A stretch of 63,204 nucleotides of DNA, counting the filler, from Octopus bimaculoides (Eukaryota): the NCBI RefSeq assembly GCF_001194135.2. It is 7 parts of 7 records of this genome, joined end to end, with 100 filler letters (N's around TTAATTAATTAA, not from the genome) between each part and the next. Parts side by side here need not be neighbours in the genome. Positions count along the whole stretch, not along the records: positions 54,393 to 61,933 come from NC_068995.1; positions 62,034 to 63,204 come from NW_026351295.1; 5 more parts are not named here. One strand, given 5' to 3'. How positions within the stretch are numbered: position 1 is the first letter of the stretch; each line of letters starts with the position of its first letter. The translations under genes were made by a program, and so were the position numbers. Positions 61,916 through 63,204 of the stretch are shown one piece after another. The notes under the pieces are model-generated. The model was given only the letters and a program-made list of their open reading frames with translations, was not told where the DNA came from and did not search any database.

Positions 61916-62291
61916 TTTTACTTCTCTGCATATNNNNNNNNNNNNNNNNNNNNNNNNNNNNNNNNNNNNNNNNNNNNTTAATTAATTAANNNNNNNNNNN
62001 NNNNNNNNNNNNNNNNNNNNNNNNNNNNNNNNNGAATAGATAAAATTAGTTAAAGTAGGGTACCAACGGCTGTTTCTGGGGGTTCATTGTTAGAAAATAA
62101 AGGGATATAGTGCACATTATTTGGCGATTCCTCCTCCTTCTTCAGGGTTACTGGTTTTCCATCATGAATGACGAATAGTATAGGTAAGATGTATAAGTGG
62201 GGAAAGTAAAGAGTTAAATATATTCTAATAAAAATATTAATAGAAAAGAATGAACGTTTGTATCCTAGTTCAATTCTAATCAAAGTCATTT

Positions 62292-62451
62292 AGGAGTGGC
62301 TGTGTGGTAAGTAGCTTGCTTACCAACCACATGGTTCCGGGTTCAGGCCCACTGCCTGGCAACTTGGGCAAGTGTCTTCTACTATAGCCTCGGCATGACC
62401 AAAGCCTTCTGAGTGGATTTGGTAGATGGAAACTAAAAGAAGCCCGTCGTG

Positions 62452-62498
<47 letters not shown>

Positions 62499-62707
62499 AT
62501 ATGTTTGTGTCTGTGTTTGTCCCCCCAGCGTTACTTGACAACCGATGCTGGTGTGTTTACGTCCCTGTAACTTAGTGGTTTGGTAAAAAGAGACTGATAG
62601 AGTAAGTATTAGGCTTACAAAGAATAAGTCCTGGGGTCGATTTGCTCGATTAAAGGCGGTGCTCCAGCATGGCCACAGTCAAATGACTGAAACAAGTAAA
62701 AGAGTAA
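62292..62707 (+). mobile_element. Full-length SINE family B (tRNA head, CORE-like segment, internal microsatellite, CR1-like tail)
   Basis: AGGAGTGGCTGTGTGGTAAGTAGC...GGTTCAGGCCC...CTTGGGCAAGTGTCTT...(TA)n(TG)n...CAGCATGGCCACAGTCAAATGACTGAAACAAGTAAAAGAGTAA. Confidence 0.9.
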
Positions 62708-62998
62708 TAATTACAATATATTTTTTCATATATTATGGGAAAATGTGCAGTTCTAGCATTTCTCTGCACTTTTGTTCCAACTATTGTGTGCATGTATGTG
62801 TGAGTGTATGTAGGTGGTGGTGGTGGTGGTTTCAGTGAGCTTTTGGTCGAGCAGGACACATATGTTGGTTCTCCGAGTTCTTCTGACTAACATCTGTAAG
62901 TTGCACATGTTGCAATATGAACAACATGTAATTAAAAACAAAGATCCATCGCAAGATGGTGGCTCCTGTTCCTTAGTTCCCAACTGAATGTACTAATT

Positions 62999-63031
<33 letters not shown>

Positions 63032-63204
63032 TATATTAATATATATATACATGTACACATGCATGTATGCATGTGTGTCTGTGTGTATATATATACATAT
63101 ACATATATAAGCATACATACATATATACATGTGTGTGTGTGTGTGTGTGTATACACATATATATATGCATACATATGTACACACACACACACATGTATAT
63201 ATAT

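Overview
This is AT-rich, repeat-dense animal genomic DNA, inferred to be an Octopus-type cephalopod from its tRNA-derived SINE families, microsatellite load and HCEICGKSF-type C2H2 arrays. It is not prokaryotic: there is no rRNA, true tRNA gene or CRISPR array. The window is heavily gapped and is seven pieces joined by artificial 100-bp spacers (44N-TTAATTAATTAA-44N), so adjacency across those spacers is unproven. Coding content: two minus-strand tandem C2H2 zinc-finger ORFs (18 and 12 intact fingers), a third pseudogenised paralogue between them, and one well-spliced 590-nt minus-strand exon encoding the first part of a PR/SET (PRDM-like) domain. The rest is SINEs (several modular families), LINE relics (R4/Dong-like RT and RLE tail, CR1-like ends), mariner relics, MITEs, a Ty3/Gypsy gag fragment and simple repeats. 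Most interesting: (1) a tRNA-headed SINE-like element carrying a Penelope-type minimal hammerhead ribozyme motif and an inverted tail copy (27781-28100); (2) an almost canonical hammerhead core inside a ~345-bp tandem unit, resembling a retrozyme or PLE (61340-61933); (3) independent frameshifts that detach a shared ancestral N-terminal coding region from all three ZNF paralogues; (4) an inverted duplication of a complex microsatellite, and a long-TIR MITE with an internal telomere-repeat hairpin. Family names come from recalled motifs, not from database searches.
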